Translations under genes and position numbers: made by a program
IMG/VR virus record: IMGVR_UViG_2537562191_000049
DNA length: 39,777 nt
From: a virus
Taxonomy: Duplodnaviria > Heunggongvirae > Uroviricota > Caudoviricetes
Strand: one strand, 5' to 3'
The notes under the pieces: model-generated
What the model saw: only the letters and a program-made list of their open reading frames with translations
Database searches by the model: none
Told to the model about the DNA's origin: nothing
Shown: positions 19,583 through 29,027 of the stretch, piece after piece
How positions within the stretch are numbered: the stretch's first letter is position 1
Layout: each line of letters begins with the position of its first letter

Positions 19583-20004
19583 TTTCCGAACAGAGTGCTC
19601 ATCGGTGATGTTTCAATCTGGATTGCGCCGCCGTCTTTGCCGACAAGCTCATTAGTTACCTTGTCGCCATACTTACGGGGATTCATTCTGGCCAGCGCCC
19701 ATTTGCGGGTATCAACGCGAAGTCTTGCCTTTGCCACCTCAGCAGCATCTGGAATCGCAGTGTCAGCAATTTCGAATATCTCTTCGAAAATAGAATCAGC
19801 TCGTGCCTCAGTTGCCTTCGCGTACTTGTCTCTAAATTCTTCATGCTCTGACAGCCAGCGAAATACAGTAGCCTTTGCTGGCATGCCGGGGCGCTTGCAA
19901 ACCTTAACCAGACTTTCCCCGGAGGCAAGCAGCGCACAGATATCATCAGCCACCTCCGGCAGGTAATCCGAAGGGCGACCGACATTCTTTTTCTCAGTCG
20001 CCAT
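19579..20004 (-). CDS. Terminase small subunit (Sf6 gp1-like)
   Basis: 141 aa, MATEKKNVGRPSDYLPEVADDICALLASGESLVKVCKRPGMP..., HTH-containing; resembles recalled Sf6 small terminase; directly upstream of TerL. Confidence 0.8.
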   Translation of the reverse strand: MATEKKNVGRPSDYLPEVADDICALLASGESLVKVCKRPGMPAKATVFRWLSEHEEFRDKYAKATEARADSIFEEIFEIADTAIPDAAEVAKARLRVDTRKWALARMNPRKYGDKVTNELVGKDGGAIQIETSPMSTLFGK

Positions 20005-20083
20005 ATTGATTATTTCCCTTCTGCTTGCTTATCCCATTCATCGCGGAATTTGGATGGGTTGTCGAAACCTTGAGTTGCCATGT

Positions 20084-20326
20084 TTATGCTCCGGTGGTGA
20101 ACAGGTCTAAAGCTTCCTTCGATTTACGCACCGCTTCGATAGTGCGGGTCGTGATATCCGAATTAGCGCCGCCTGACTGGAAGTGAATTTTGAATAACTC
20201 AAGCTTCAGCTCGTCAGTGCCAATGAACTGAAATGCTTCTTCTGCGGCTGCGTTCTGGTTCATGACCAGTTTGTAAATCTCTAACTGGAATTTCTGTTCT
20301 TCAGTCATGGGAATAATCTCTGCCAT
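20084..20326 (-). CDS. Hypothetical protein (80 aa) upstream of terminase genes
   Basis: ORF with SD acggag; no recognisable motif. Confidence 0.45.
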   Translation of the reverse strand: MAEIIPMTEEQKFQLEIYKLVMNQNAAAEEAFQFIGTDELKLELFKIHFQSGGANSDITTRTIEAVRKSKEALDLFTTGA

Positions 20327-20553
20327 TGTTGGCTCCGTTTATCCGTTAAAAGGGATATCAGTTAAGTTATCCCGTGTAGGGTATAAGCCATTGTCGAGAC
20401 CACTCATTGAATGACCTCTGCAATAACCGATGTCTTTCCATCAGTCCGCCACCACAAAGAATCTTTTTTGCCATAAGGCTGGAGGTTCATCTTTCAGTGG
20501 CTGCCAGTGTTATTTCCCCACTTACTGGCTTGGGTTGTTTCGCTGTACTGCCG

Positions 20554-21096
20554 TTAATTGGTGAGTCCGGGGATTACGGTTTGCCCGTGCTGTTCAAGGC
20601 GTTCAATTCTCGCCAGTAGCTGAGGCTTCTTAATTTTTCCCCAGCGATTAAGCAGGCGGCCTGACATGCTGGCAACATCCTTCTCTTTCATGTACTCCAG
20701 CATTACGGCATTTCTCTCTTCTTCAAATTGACGATGACCAACCTGAAGCATGGCGTACATCCAGTTGAATGCGTTGATGTAAGCAATTTTGATACGCATT
20801 GCTTCTTTTTTGGTGTAGGACATAACCAAAAGCATCAACCCATCCTTGCGGAGACGGTAGAATTTTTGCGGCTTACCATTCTGTAACTCATTGTTTTTAT
20901 AGCAAAGCTCAAAGTTGAGCTTTGTATCAAACTCAGGAGGGCAAGCTTCTATGGTTCGTTCAATGTCACGAACCACGTTCTTCGGCAGCTTTCCAAATGC
21001 TTTTGCCACCATAAAAGAATCTGTAACCGGATCGTTGTTTGCTACAAAAATTAGGTCTCTGAAATCTATATCGTTAACAACGGTTGGGTAGTTCAT
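20554..21096 (-). CDS. rha: Rha-family phage regulatory protein
   Basis: 180 aa; N-terminal region (FVANNDPVTDSFMVAKAFGK...) typical of Rha family. Confidence 0.65.
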   Translation of the reverse strand: MNYPTVVNDIDFRDLIFVANNDPVTDSFMVAKAFGKLPKNVVRDIERTIEACPPEFDTKLNFELCYKNNELQNGKPQKFYRLRKDGLMLLVMSYTKKEAMRIKIAYINAFNWMYAMLQVGHRQFEEERNAVMLEYMKEKDVASMSGRLLNRWGKIKKPQLLARIERLEQHGQTVIPGLTN

Positions 21097-21442
21097 TGCG
21101 TCTTTACCTTTTAGAAAGATGAGCCTGTTCGCACAGAAAAGCCGTCCCCGAGATGGTCGCCACCATATACGGCAATTCTCAGGCTCAGCTTTCTGAAAGA
21201 CTCGGGATTGTTACGCGCTGCGATGCGCGGTTTACTGCAGATGTAAAAAAGCCCCGCAAATGCGAGGCTAAATCCTGGTATTTGTAATGACTGGCTCTTA
21301 TCTCAACGCAGCCCCTTACCGCGCGCCAGATGCTCAATATCAAGCATCAGCAATGAGATGTTTAATCTGGATTCACTCCAGAAGTGATCATCACCCTGTC
21401 TACAGAGCTAGATGTGAAGGATGATGAGTAAAATTATCGCTA

Positions 21443-21880
21443 TCATCGAAGGCATTGCGTCCTGATGTATTCCTGCAGGTAGTTAACCTGCGCGGTTATC
21501 CTGTCGATTCCACTTCGGAGACGGTAATAATTGAGTTCAGCATCTGCTGTAAGTCTTGGGCTTTCTCCATCGCCCATGCTGCTGGCTCCGGTCGTTGACT
21601 TTGCACAGGTGGCGGCGACTTGCAGGCGCTTACGACCAGCAGAAACATCAGCACGGAGACTTTCGATAGTCGCGTTAGCATCAGCAAGCTCCTTTGTGTA
21701 TCTGGCGTCAAGTTCTGCTACATCACGTTGACGCTTCTGCATATCAGCGATGATGGATATGGCTTTATCGCGCTGCTCTTTGTAGGTCATGGCGTTATCA
21801 CGGTAATGATTAACAGCCCATGACAGGCAGACGATGATGCAGATAACCAGAGCGGAGATAATCGCGGTGACTCTGCTCAT
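21443..21880 (-). CDS. Rz: i-spanin Rz
   Basis: 145 aa, N-terminal TM then coiled-coil, near-identical in pattern to lambda Rz; follows endolysin with overlap. Confidence 0.85.
   Translation of the reverse strand: MSRVTAIISALVICIIVCLSWAVNHYRDNAMTYKEQRDKAISIIADMQKRQRDVAELDARYTKELADANATIESLRADVSAGRKRLQVAATCAKSTTGASSMGDGESPRLTADAELNYYRLRSGIDRITAQVNYLQEYIRTQCLR
21496..21681 (-). CDS. Rz1: o-spanin Rz1 lipoprotein embedded in Rz (+1 frame)
   Basis: [20 protein letters not shown] lipobox followed by Pro-rich segment; nested in Rz as in lambda. Confidence 0.7.
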   Translation of the reverse strand: MLTRLSKVSVLMFLLVVSACKSPPPVQSQRPEPAAWAMEKAQDLQQMLNSIITVSEVESTG

Positions 21881-22353
21881 ACCTCAATCTCTCTGACCGT
21901 TCCGCCTGCTTCTTTGAATTTTGAAATCAGACTGTCAGCCTTATGCTCGAACTGACCATAACCAGCTCCCGGCAATGAAGCCCAGATATTGCTGCAACGG
22001 TCGATTGCCTGACGGATATCACCGCGATCAATCATCGGCAAAGCGCCACGCTCTTTAATCTGTTGCAATGCCACAGCGTCCTGGCTTTTCGGAGAGAAAT
22101 CTTTCAGGCCAAGCTGCTTACGATAGGCATCCCACCAACGGGAAAGAAGCTGGTAACGGCCTGCAGCTGTTGATTTGAGTTTGGGGTTTAGCGTGACAAG
22201 TTTGCGAGGGTGATCTGAGTAATCAGTGAATAGCTCTCCGCCTACAATGACGTCATAACCATGATTTCTGGTTTTCTGACGTCCGTTATCAGTCCCCTCT
22301 GACCACGCCAGCATATCGAGGAACGCCTTACGTTGATTATTGATTTCCACCAT
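21877..22353 (-). CDS. R: Endolysin R (lambda-type lytic transglycosylase)
   Basis: 158 aa [42 protein letters not shown]... essentially identical to recalled lambda R. Confidence 0.95.
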   Translation of the reverse strand: MVEINNQRKAFLDMLAWSEGTDNGRQKTRNHGYDVIVGGELFTDYSDHPRKLVTLNPKLKSTAAGRYQLLSRWWDAYRKQLGLKDFSPKSQDAVALQQIKERGALPMIDRGDIRQAIDRCSNIWASLPGAGYGQFEHKADSLISKFKEAGGTVREIEV

Positions 22354-22660
22354 CTTCTACTCCGGCTTTTTTAGCAGCGAAGCGTTTGATAAGCGAACCA
22401 ATCGAGTCAGTACCGATGTAGCCAATGAACACGCTCGTTATATAAGCGAGATTGCTACTTAGTCCGGCGAAGTCGAGAAGGTCACGAATGAACCAGGCGA
22501 TAATGGCACACATCGTTGCGTCGATTACTGTTTTTGTAAACGCACCGCCATTATATCTGCCGCGAAGGTACGCCATTGCAAACGCAAGGATTGCCCCGAT
22601 GCCTTGTTCCTTTGCCGCGAGAATGGCGGCTAACAGGTCATGTTTTTCTGGCATCTTCAT
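22337..22660 (-). CDS. S: Holin S (lambda S107/S105 dual-start type)
   Basis: 107 aa [39 protein letters not shown]... matches lambda S including the MKM dual-start motif. Confidence 0.95.
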   Translation of the reverse strand: MKMPEKHDLLAAILAAKEQGIGAILAFAMAYLRGRYNGGAFTKTVIDATMCAIIAWFIRDLLDFAGLSSNLAYITSVFIGYIGTDSIGSLIKRFAAKKAGVEDGGNQ

Positions 22661-22951
22661 GTCTTACCCCCAATAAGGGGATTTGCTCTATTTAATTAGG
22701 AATAAGGTCGATTACTGATAGAACAAATCCAGGCTACTGTGTTTAGTAATCAGATTTGTTCGTGACCGATATGCACGGGCAAAACGGCAGGAGGTTGTTA
22801 GCGCAACCTCTTGCCACCCGCTTTCACGAAGCCAGCCATTGCGCTGGTTTTCTTTTATGCAAAGCACACCGCACCGTAGCCACAGCGGATAAGGTGATTA
22901 TTTTTGTCTGTCTGGTATTTGGTTTGATGTGCTTTCAGAAAGGTCGTGATT

Positions 22952-22986
22952 AAAACGCAAAAAGCCCCGAGCTATTAACTCAGGGC
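22952..22986 (-). terminator. Candidate tR'-type late terminator just downstream of pR'
   Basis: Minus-strand RNA gcccugag-uuaauag-cucggggc followed by uuuuugcguuuu, about 30-60 nt from the predicted pR' start. Confidence 0.45.
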
Positions 22987-23014
22987 TTTATTTAACGAGT
23001 GCATTTATCCATCG

Positions 23015-23052
23015 TTGATGTCAAATTTACCCAACTTTATTCAAAAAGTCAA
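23015..23052 (-). promoter_or_regulatory. Late promoter pR' (lambda-like), with qut expected to overlap
   Basis: Minus-strand TTGACT (23047-23052) and TAAATT (23023-23028) followed by tgacatcaacgatgg, matching recalled lambda pR'; sits between Q stop and S. Confidence 0.6.
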
Positions 23053-23094
23053 TATTATGCCGTTAATTTGTTGCCATCCGTGGCAATCATGCTG

Positions 23095-23718
23095 CTAACG
23101 TGTGACCGCATTCAAAATGTTGTCTGCGATTGACTCTTCTTTGTGGCATTGCACCACCAGAGCGTCATACAGCGGCTTAACAGTGCGTGACCAGGTGGGT
23201 TGGGTAAGGTTTGGGATTAGCATCGTCACAGCGCGATATGCTGCGCTTGCTGGCATCCTTGAATAGCCGACGCCTTTGCATCTTCCGCACTCTTTCTCGA
23301 CAACTCTCCCCCACAGCTCTGTTTTTGATATATCAACCGCACGGCCTGTACCGTGGCAATCTCTGCATCTTGCGCCCGGCGTCGCGGCACTACGGCAATA
23401 ATCCGCATAAGCGAATGTTGCGAGCACTTGCAGTACCTTTGCCTTAGTATTTCCTTCAAGCTTTGCCACACCACGGTATTTCCCCGATACCTTGTGTGCA
23501 AATTGCATCAGATAGTTGATAGCCTTTTGTTTGTCATTCTGGCTGAGTTCGTGCTTACCACAGAATGCAGCCATTCCGAATCCGGCTTGTGATTGCGCCA
23601 TCCCCATAGCAGCCATCACATCAGTACCGGAAAGAGAGTCAGAAGCCGTAGCCCGTGGTGAGTCGCTCATCATCGGGCTTTTTGGCGAATGAAATTTAGC
23701 TACGCTTTCGAGTCTCAT
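23095..23718 (-). CDS. Q: Late antiterminator Q (lambda-type)
   Basis: 207 aa MRLESVAKFHSPKSPMMSDSPRATASDSLSGTDVMAAMGMAQSQAGFGMAAFCGKHEL... matches recalled lambda Q with zinc-finger Cys cluster. Confidence 0.95.
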   Translation of the reverse strand: MRLESVAKFHSPKSPMMSDSPRATASDSLSGTDVMAAMGMAQSQAGFGMAAFCGKHELSQNDKQKAINYLMQFAHKVSGKYRGVAKLEGNTKAKVLQVLATFAYADYCRSAATPGARCRDCHGTGRAVDISKTELWGRVVEKECGRCKGVGYSRMPASAAYRAVTMLIPNLTQPTWSRTVKPLYDALVVQCHKEESIADNILNAVTR

Positions 23719-23903
23719 CGTCTTCCTCTCTTGCCCTGTTTGACCATCAGGACGCCGTTAACTATTACGTGACGTTCGCCTTTGCTGTCTCGGTTGTACT
23801 TGAGCACCGTTCCTCTTGCGCAGGAAAGCATCCTCGCCACTTCGGTCTGATTGCCTCGTGTCTGTATAAGAAGCTCTGGTATCGTTTGAATTGTGGCGTT
23901 CAT
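23715..23903 (-). CDS. ninH: NinH-like small DNA-binding protein
   Basis: 62 aa ...GNQTEVARMLSCARGTVLKYN... HTH motif; immediately upstream of Q. Confidence 0.6.
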   Translation of the reverse strand: MNATIQTIPELLIQTRGNQTEVARMLSCARGTVLKYNRDSKGERHVIVNGVLMVKQGKRGRR

Positions 23904-24262
23904 ACGTTCTCCAGTTCGGTGATTTTTATTCCAAGCCGTCCGCCTGGTACTTTCACACCACGAATTACGCGAATGTCATCGAATTGCTCGTCGTCTTCCG
24001 CAAATCCGGCGTGGATAAGGGAGTCGAGTAAACCTTTCAGGATGTTGTCGAGGTCGCGGCGGCGGGAGTCTGGAACGTCTGCGATGACTTTGATGCGGAG
24101 TCGTGATTTGGTGAAAATGTCTAACTTAAGTTGGCGGATGATTTGCTGAACGTCTTTTCGGTATTTCTGGCCTTTATCGCTGATGTAGTATTGGCTTCCC
24201 CGTCTTCGCCAGTAGGTGTTCAGCGACGGCGGGTATGGAAGCACAAACTGATATTCGTTCAT
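23900..24262 (-). CDS. rusA: Holliday junction resolvase RusA
   Basis: 120 aa; ...YPPSLNTYWRRRG...PDSRRRDLDNILKGLLDSL...GGRLGIKITE... matches RusA family signature. Confidence 0.85.
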   Translation of the reverse strand: MNEYQFVLPYPPSLNTYWRRRGSQYYISDKGQKYRKDVQQIIRQLKLDIFTKSRLRIKVIADVPDSRRRDLDNILKGLLDSLIHAGFAEDDEQFDDIRVIRGVKVPGGRLGIKITELENV

Positions 24263-24549
24263 GACTTAATCTTCCCCTCCTTCAGCAGTATCGCCTGCGT
24301 CCTGATAACGCCTTCGAGGTGGTAAAGTCTGGTGTCTTTGTTGTCGAGGTTATGGGTGCGTCGGTCGATTTCATCGTGACACGCGCTACAAGCCCATGCG
24401 CCGATCAGGTCGTCAGGCTTCATTCCCGTTCCGCAAATTCCAGCCATCCGGTAATGTGCCAGAACTGTAGTTTCAGGATTGCCATTGCATATGCCGTAAA
24501 TACGTACCTGGCATTCTCTGCCGCGCGCTTCTTTGCGTAGATTAGCCAT
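24259..24549 (-). CDS. ybcO: YbcO-like nin-region protein (DUF1364-type Cys-rich)
   Basis: 96 aa MANLRKEARGRECQVRIYGICNGNPETTVLAHYRMAGICGTG...ACSACHDEIDRR... resembles DLP12 YbcO. Confidence 0.7.
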   Translation of the reverse strand: MANLRKEARGRECQVRIYGICNGNPETTVLAHYRMAGICGTGMKPDDLIGAWACSACHDEIDRRTHNLDNKDTRLYHLEGVIRTQAILLKEGKIKS

Positions 24550-24768
24550 TTAATACTCCAGTTCAGGGTCATTTTTTAGGTCATGTTTTTTGCAGAATTG
24601 CTGCCACTCTCTTTCCAGCCTCTTACCTGTAAATTTCACTCTGCATTTTGAGTAAGTGCTAATGGCATTAAATGGTGCTGAGCCTTCAGGAAATCGAGAG
24701 CGGAATACTTCTGCCACAGGTACTAAAACCAAATACAAATAATCAGAGCTACTAAACGAATCACTCAT
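24550..24768 (-). CDS. Hypothetical nin-region protein (72 aa)
   Basis: ORF in operon context with overlaps to neighbours; no motif recognised. Confidence 0.4.
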   Translation of the reverse strand: MSDSFSSSDYLYLVLVPVAEVFRSRFPEGSAPFNAISTYSKCRVKFTGKRLEREWQQFCKKHDLKNDPELEY

Positions 24769-24931
24769 CGTCTTCTTCCTCGTACATTGAGCTATTCGGA
24801 TCGCTCATCAGTTCTGCGCAGCAATCGGAGCACACGTGAACTTCCAGCACATGCAGCTTCTGACCGCAGTTAGCGCACGTTAAAGCTCGCTCGACGCTTT
24901 CTTGTTCGTAACTTCGATTTGGGTCAATCAC
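24761..24931 (-). CDS. ninF: NinF-like protein
   Basis: ...RSYEQESVERALTCANCGQKLHVLEVHVCSDCCAELMSDPNSSMYEEEDDE matches recalled lambda NinF; likely GTG start at 24931 (GTGA overlap with the ninE frame); the track's upstream ATG at 24973 is an alternative. Confidence 0.7.
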   Translation of the reverse strand: MIDPNRSYEQESVERALTCANCGQKLHVLEVHVCSDCCAELMSDPNSSMYEEEDDE

Positions 24932-25110
24932 CTTGTATTCCTCGCACGATGTCTTAGCCACCGGATATCCCACAGGTGAGCCGTGTAGTTGAAGGTTTTT
25001 ACGTCAGATTATTTTGGGATTGGCTTGCGTTTATTTCTGGATCGCTTCGTTGGAAGGTATTTGCAGTTTTCGCAGATGATGTCGGTGATACTTCGTCGCT
25101 GTCGTCTCAT
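24928..25110 (-). pseudogene. ninE: ninE interrupted by an in-frame TAA stop after codon 33
   Basis: ATG at 25110 gives [33 protein letters not shown] then TAA (25009-25011); the same frame continues SDVKTFNYTAHLWDIRWLRHRARNTR to TGA at 24928, matching the recalled full-length NinE. Confidence 0.55.
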
Positions 25111-25634
25111 GCCGCCCTCCTGACGCCCCGCCCGATCGCCATCAATGCCGCTTTGGATACGGTAGTAAACATCCGTCGAGGACTGATGAACGGTCGCCAA
25201 ATCAGCAGCATGGAGCCTTTACTGTTTCCCTTCTTCTCCAGCCCTGTCGATGGTTCGATAAAATTAATCCGTCCATCAGTGATAATGCGAACTTCGTCGA
25301 CACTCTCCAGAGCCTTGCTGAACCATCCGACTGACATATCCTCTGGCACAAGCATAACTACCGTCTGTCGCTGTTGTATGCACTGCTCAGCGGCTTTTTC
25401 CACCCACGGCCTGATATTGCTGTACGGTGGGTTATTCCAGATTGCACCGTGGCTTATCCACTCAGAATTTAGCGCGTCGTCAGCCTCAGTTAGCCAGTGA
25501 GCGCACAGAGCGTTTTTGTCGCTCGCAGCTGAATCCAGCCAGAATCCAAACTCAATATCCAGCGCATCAAAAAGCCAGAGCGGCGTTTGCCAGCAGTCCT
25601 TGTCGTGTGCTGGCGTATTTGATTTGATAGTCAT
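25107..25634 (-). CDS. Phage DNA N6-adenine methyltransferase (Dam-type, NPPY motif)
   Basis: Start moved to ATG at 25634 ([18 protein letters not shown]...); contains NPPY catalytic motif; ATGA overlaps with ninB and ninE. Confidence 0.8.
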   Translation of the reverse strand: MTIKSNTPAHDKDCWQTPLWLFDALDIEFGFWLDSAASDKNALCAHWLTEADDALNSEWISHGAIWNNPPYSNIRPWVEKAAEQCIQQRQTVVMLVPEDMSVGWFSKALESVDEVRIITDGRINFIEPSTGLEKKGNSKGSMLLIWRPFISPRRMFTTVSKAALMAIGRGVRRAA

Positions 25635-26077
25635 GCAGCCTTCCCTTTTCGTTGTGACCATTCATACTCTCGCCGGGAGTCATCACTCCACCGCACGTTG
25701 CGCTCTGAGCCGAACCAGAACATGATTTCGATAAGCTCAGTCATGCTGGCCTTTCGCATTTTGCTGGTACGCACGCCAAGCATGACAACGCCACCGTCGA
25801 TACCAGGCGCACTTCTTTGCTCCAGTTTTTTGGTCTTAAGCCACAGGGCAGTGAACAGGTCTTTCCAGTCTTCCGGCGCCAGCCGTTGACCATGCCATAG
25901 CACCTGACGCGAAACATCGTTCAGCATCGGCCACATGCGGTCATTCTGCGCTTTGCTGCGCTTGGGTTCTTTAACGTGGACTTCGTGGGGTGACTTGTCG
26001 TCGATGGGTAGTGAGAGAATGGCGTCTATGGCGTTATTTCTGATTGCTTCGTTGCGAAGCAGAAAGGTTTGCTTCAT
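25631..26077 (-). CDS. ninB: NinB (recombination mediator)
   Basis: Start moved to ATG at 26077 (MKQTFLLRNEAIRNNAIDAI...); ...QNDRMWPMLNDVSRQVLWHGQRL...KWSDDSRREYEW... matches recalled lambda NinB. Confidence 0.8.
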   Translation of the reverse strand: MKQTFLLRNEAIRNNAIDAILSLPIDDKSPHEVHVKEPKRSKAQNDRMWPMLNDVSRQVLWHGQRLAPEDWKDLFTALWLKTKKLEQRSAPGIDGGVVMLGVRTSKMRKASMTELIEIMFWFGSERNVRWSDDSRREYEWSQRKGKAA

Positions 26078-26270
26078 CTCCTGCTCTCCGGTTCCATTTT
26101 TCAGTAGCCGCAGCAACTGATGGTGCCCATGCCACCCTGGCTTCACAGAGGTCACATTCTGCATAGCCCCACACATCAATATTTATTCCGGCCTCAACCC
26201 ACAGACGAGCATTACCGCCGCAAAACGGACATTCTTTTAGCTTTGGCTGGGTTAATGATAGGTCGCTCAT
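26034..26270 (-). CDS. Lar-like restriction-alleviation family protein (putative)
   Basis: Start at ATG 26270 with SD aaggag; MSDLSLTQPKLKECPFCGG... Cys motif typical of Lar family. Overlaps ninB start by 44 nt in another frame. Confidence 0.45.
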   Translation of the reverse strand: MSDLSLTQPKLKECPFCGGNARLWVEAGINIDVWGYAECDLCEARVAWAPSVAAATEKWNRRAGDEANLSASQRSNQK

Positions 26271-26280
26271 GCTCACTCCT

Positions 26281-26496
26281 TCACTTAAAATCCAGACTCC
26301 GGATAATTCTGTTGCGCTGAAACTCATTGTTGAGTTTGAACAACCGTCGAAGAACACGGTCACGCGGATAGCGTCGTGCGGCAGGTGAGTGCTCATACAA
26401 CTCATCAAGCGGCAAACTGGACGATGAACGATACCGATACCAACGCACCAACTCTTCACGAAAATTAGCCCTGACAAGCTCAGCTATCGTACTCAT
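26281..26496 (-). CDS. Hypothetical protein (71 aa)
   Basis: ATG at 26496 preceded by strong SD gaggagg. Confidence 0.5.
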   Translation of the reverse strand: MSTIAELVRANFREELVRWYRYRSSSSLPLDELYEHSPAARRYPRDRVLRRLFKLNNEFQRNRIIRSLDFK

Positions 26497-26640
26497 TTCT
26501 TAAAACCTCCTCAAACGCATTCTGACGCATTTTTCATTCTCGCTGCCTATCGACATGCCTTGCACGTGCTTACCTCACCACAGAGCGATTGTGATGCCTT
26601 AAAAGCGATTTATTGAAGTGATATTTGCTTCATCGTCACC

Positions 26641-26847
26641 TCAACTAACAAAACGCCACGCCATTTTTGCTACAGCAACAGGCGCAACACCGATAATCAC
26701 CCACAGGAGAATGCTACCGAAAAGCACACCCACCAGGTCTTTACCTTCGCCTACCAACCGGACAAAACTGCTGACAACAACAATGAATGTCGCCACCATC
26801 CACATAGCACCGAGAATCCTCAATGCAGAGAAAATTAACTCAGCCAC
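26641..26847 (-). CDS. Small predicted membrane protein (68 aa, two TM segments)
   Basis: GTG start at 26847 with SD ggaga; strongly hydrophobic; lies immediately downstream of a tR2-like terminator. Confidence 0.45.
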   Translation of the reverse strand: MAELIFSALRILGAMWMVATFIVVVSSFVRLVGEGKDLVGVLFGSILLWVIIGVAPVAVAKMAWRFVS

Positions 26848-26860
26848 GATTTACTCTCCC

Positions 26861-26894
26861 CCAAATAAAAAGGCCTGCGATTACCAGCAGGCCT
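26861..26894 (-). terminator. Intrinsic terminator (tR2-like) between the replication module and the nin region
   Basis: Minus-strand RNA aggccugc-ugguaauc-gcaggccu followed by uuuuauuugg, about 25 nt after the stop of gene 26920-27189. Confidence 0.55.
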
Positions 26895-26919
26895 GTTATT
26901 AGCTCAGTGATGTAGATGG

Positions 26920-27189
26920 TCATTGCTTCATCTCCCTTTCCATTTCATCAATGTCAACGTCATCAGGAAGATGGGAGCAATACGCCGCTATACCATGATG
27001 ATTTATCTCATACCCTTTGAACGTTACCATCTGGCGCGTAATCTCAACTTCGTTCAGGAATCCGCCATCGCATAACTGCCTGGCTATTTTCGATTTGGTC
27101 TGGATTATTGGTAGTGCCTGTTCTTTCAAAGCGTATGATATTTGCGCATCCCATGCCTTTTCGAGAATGGCTAATTGTTTTTTATTCAT
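26920..27189 (-). CDS. Hypothetical protein (89 aa) in ren position
   Basis: ORF after helicase with ATGA-type overlap; no motif recognised. Confidence 0.45.
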   Translation of the reverse strand: MNKKQLAILEKAWDAQISYALKEQALPIIQTKSKIARQLCDGGFLNEVEITRQMVTFKGYEINHHGIAAYCSHLPDDVDIDEMEREMKQ

Positions 27190-28625
27190 CAGAATCCTCC
27201 TTTCTTCTTGGACTGCGGTTCCTCGCGTTCACGTCGGCGCATTTCAGCAGACTGTTGGTCTGTGTCATAAATAGCGCCATTTGCCTGAATGCAATACACC
27301 GTGCCGGTATTGCCATGACGATTGAGACGAAGGATTAGTTCGGTTTCACCAGGTGGAACACTGTCATCAAAAGCACCTTCACGATGGATCCCCACCCAAT
27401 AATCGCAATCCTGTTCAATCTGCCCTGTATCTCGTGAGTCACTTGGTAATGGGCGTTTATTGGTTCGGCTTTCCAGTGCGCGGTTAAGTTGCGTCAGAAG
27501 CACAACAACGCAATCAAGCTCTTTGGCAAGGTTCTTCAGTCCTTTGGTGATCATGCCGTAAGCAAGGTCGTTGCGATCGGCCTTCTCAGCGGTCATTAGT
27601 GTCAGGTAATCGACCAGAATCATGCCAACACATCCTTTTTCTCGCTTGATTCGACGGCTTTCGCTGACGATTTGAGCCAGAGATAATCCCGGCGTGTCGT
27701 CGATGTAAAGCATGTCGATTTCACTCAAGCGATTGGCTGTTTCGATCGCCCTGTTGAAGTCACCATCGTAATCACCCTGATAGCCGTCATCGGCGTCATT
27801 TGTCGCCGGAAGGTAAAAAATATTCGGGTTAACACCAGACTTCTGCCCTACCAGTTTTTCCAGTATCTGATCACCTGGCATTTCAAGGCTGAACATCAGA
27901 GCGGGCTTTTTCTCATGCACTGCGCAATTGATTGCCATCTGGCTGTATAGCGTCGTTTTCCCCATCTTAGGGCGAGCGCCAATGACAAACAGAGAGCCTT
28001 TCACCAGACCTTTCGGTGACAGCATCCTGTCCAGCGATGGGATCCCTGTGCTCATTCCCCGTTGTTCGCCTGATGGGTCAAATCGCTTCTCAAGGTCGCT
28101 AACCCAGTCTTCCATGACCTCGCCAAATGAGCGAAGGCCGCGACGCGATCCGGTTTTTGCATGGTCTGTCAGTTGCGTGAAAATCGCCTGAATAGCTTCG
28201 TACTTCTGCGTCGCAGTCATTCCGTTGCGGGAATAGAGCAATTCCGTCGCTTCAGTCATGCGGTTGATGGCGTAGCGTTCCATTGCGGTTTCACGAACCT
28301 GCATTGCATAGGCAACGATGTTTGCTGCGCTTGGCGTGTTCTTTGCGATCTCAGCGATATAAGCAAAACCGCCAACAGACACCGTTAACGATTTACGCTC
28401 CAGTTCATCGAAAAGCGTCAGGCCATCTACTGGCTTTTGCTCCCGGTGCATTCTGGTTATTTCTTCGAAAAGGATTTTGTGTGGTCGGCTGTAAAATGAA
28501 TCAGGCTTCAGCATCGCCAGAACTTTCTGGACGCGCTCACTGCTGTCATCATCCAGAAGCAATCCACCAATCACCGCCTGCTCTGCCTCGATGCTATGGG
28601 GCGGCGCATAAAAATTATCGGTCAT
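27189..28625 (-). CDS. Replicative DNA helicase (DnaB family; P22 gp12-like)
   Basis: Start moved to ATG at 28625 (MTDNFYAPPHSIEAEQAVIGGLLLDD...); Walker A GARPKMGKTT; DnaB-family signature. Confidence 0.85.
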   Translation of the reverse strand: MTDNFYAPPHSIEAEQAVIGGLLLDDDSSERVQKVLAMLKPDSFYSRPHKILFEEITRMHREQKPVDGLTLFDELERKSLTVSVGGFAYIAEIAKNTPSAANIVAYAMQVRETAMERYAINRMTEATELLYSRNGMTATQKYEAIQAIFTQLTDHAKTGSRRGLRSFGEVMEDWVSDLEKRFDPSGEQRGMSTGIPSLDRMLSPKGLVKGSLFVIGARPKMGKTTLYSQMAINCAVHEKKPALMFSLEMPGDQILEKLVGQKSGVNPNIFYLPATNDADDGYQGDYDGDFNRAIETANRLSEIDMLYIDDTPGLSLAQIVSESRRIKREKGCVGMILVDYLTLMTAEKADRNDLAYGMITKGLKNLAKELDCVVVLLTQLNRALESRTNKRPLPSDSRDTGQIEQDCDYWVGIHREGAFDDSVPPGETELILRLNRHGNTGTVYCIQANGAIYDTDQQSAEMRRREREEPQSKKKGGF

Positions 28626-29027
28626 CGTGTTCACCCTCACGAACTTTCAGGTAGGTATTATCGTTAAGCAGGAAATCAAATCCCTTTTTGTGCCAGATAG
28701 TTCCGCGTTGATGGTTTGGACGCTCTTCGAACATCCATCGGCAATTTTCGCCTACGTAGCTCAAATAATTTCTCCAGTCCTGCATCGTGAACCCATGCCC
28801 GTCAAGCTGGCGTGTTATCACTCCGGCTTTGCGCCAGAACGTTCGGATCTGGTTTTTACGCTTGTCATTCAGTGCGCGGATTCTTGGCGCTTCAGGAAGG
28901 ATTTCGTGGTAAGCATCGACAACATCCTGACAGCTGACGGAAGGTTTTTTCTTGTCAGACTTTTTGTCTGCTGTGGCACTCTCTAATACGTCAGTATTAG
29001 AGATAATATTATTATATTCTTTATCTG

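Noticed and set aside
21097-21442. 346-bp non-coding stretch between Rz and rha examined for tRNA or small RNA genes
   Set aside because: No cloverleaf-compatible sequence recognised by eye; only an imperfect hairpin with U-run (about 21244-21270, minus strand), too weak to call without computation.
24976-25500. 174-aa plus-strand ORF
   Set aside because: Antisense shadow of the Dam-type methyltransferase and ninE genes; no RBS and low-complexity Ser-rich translation.
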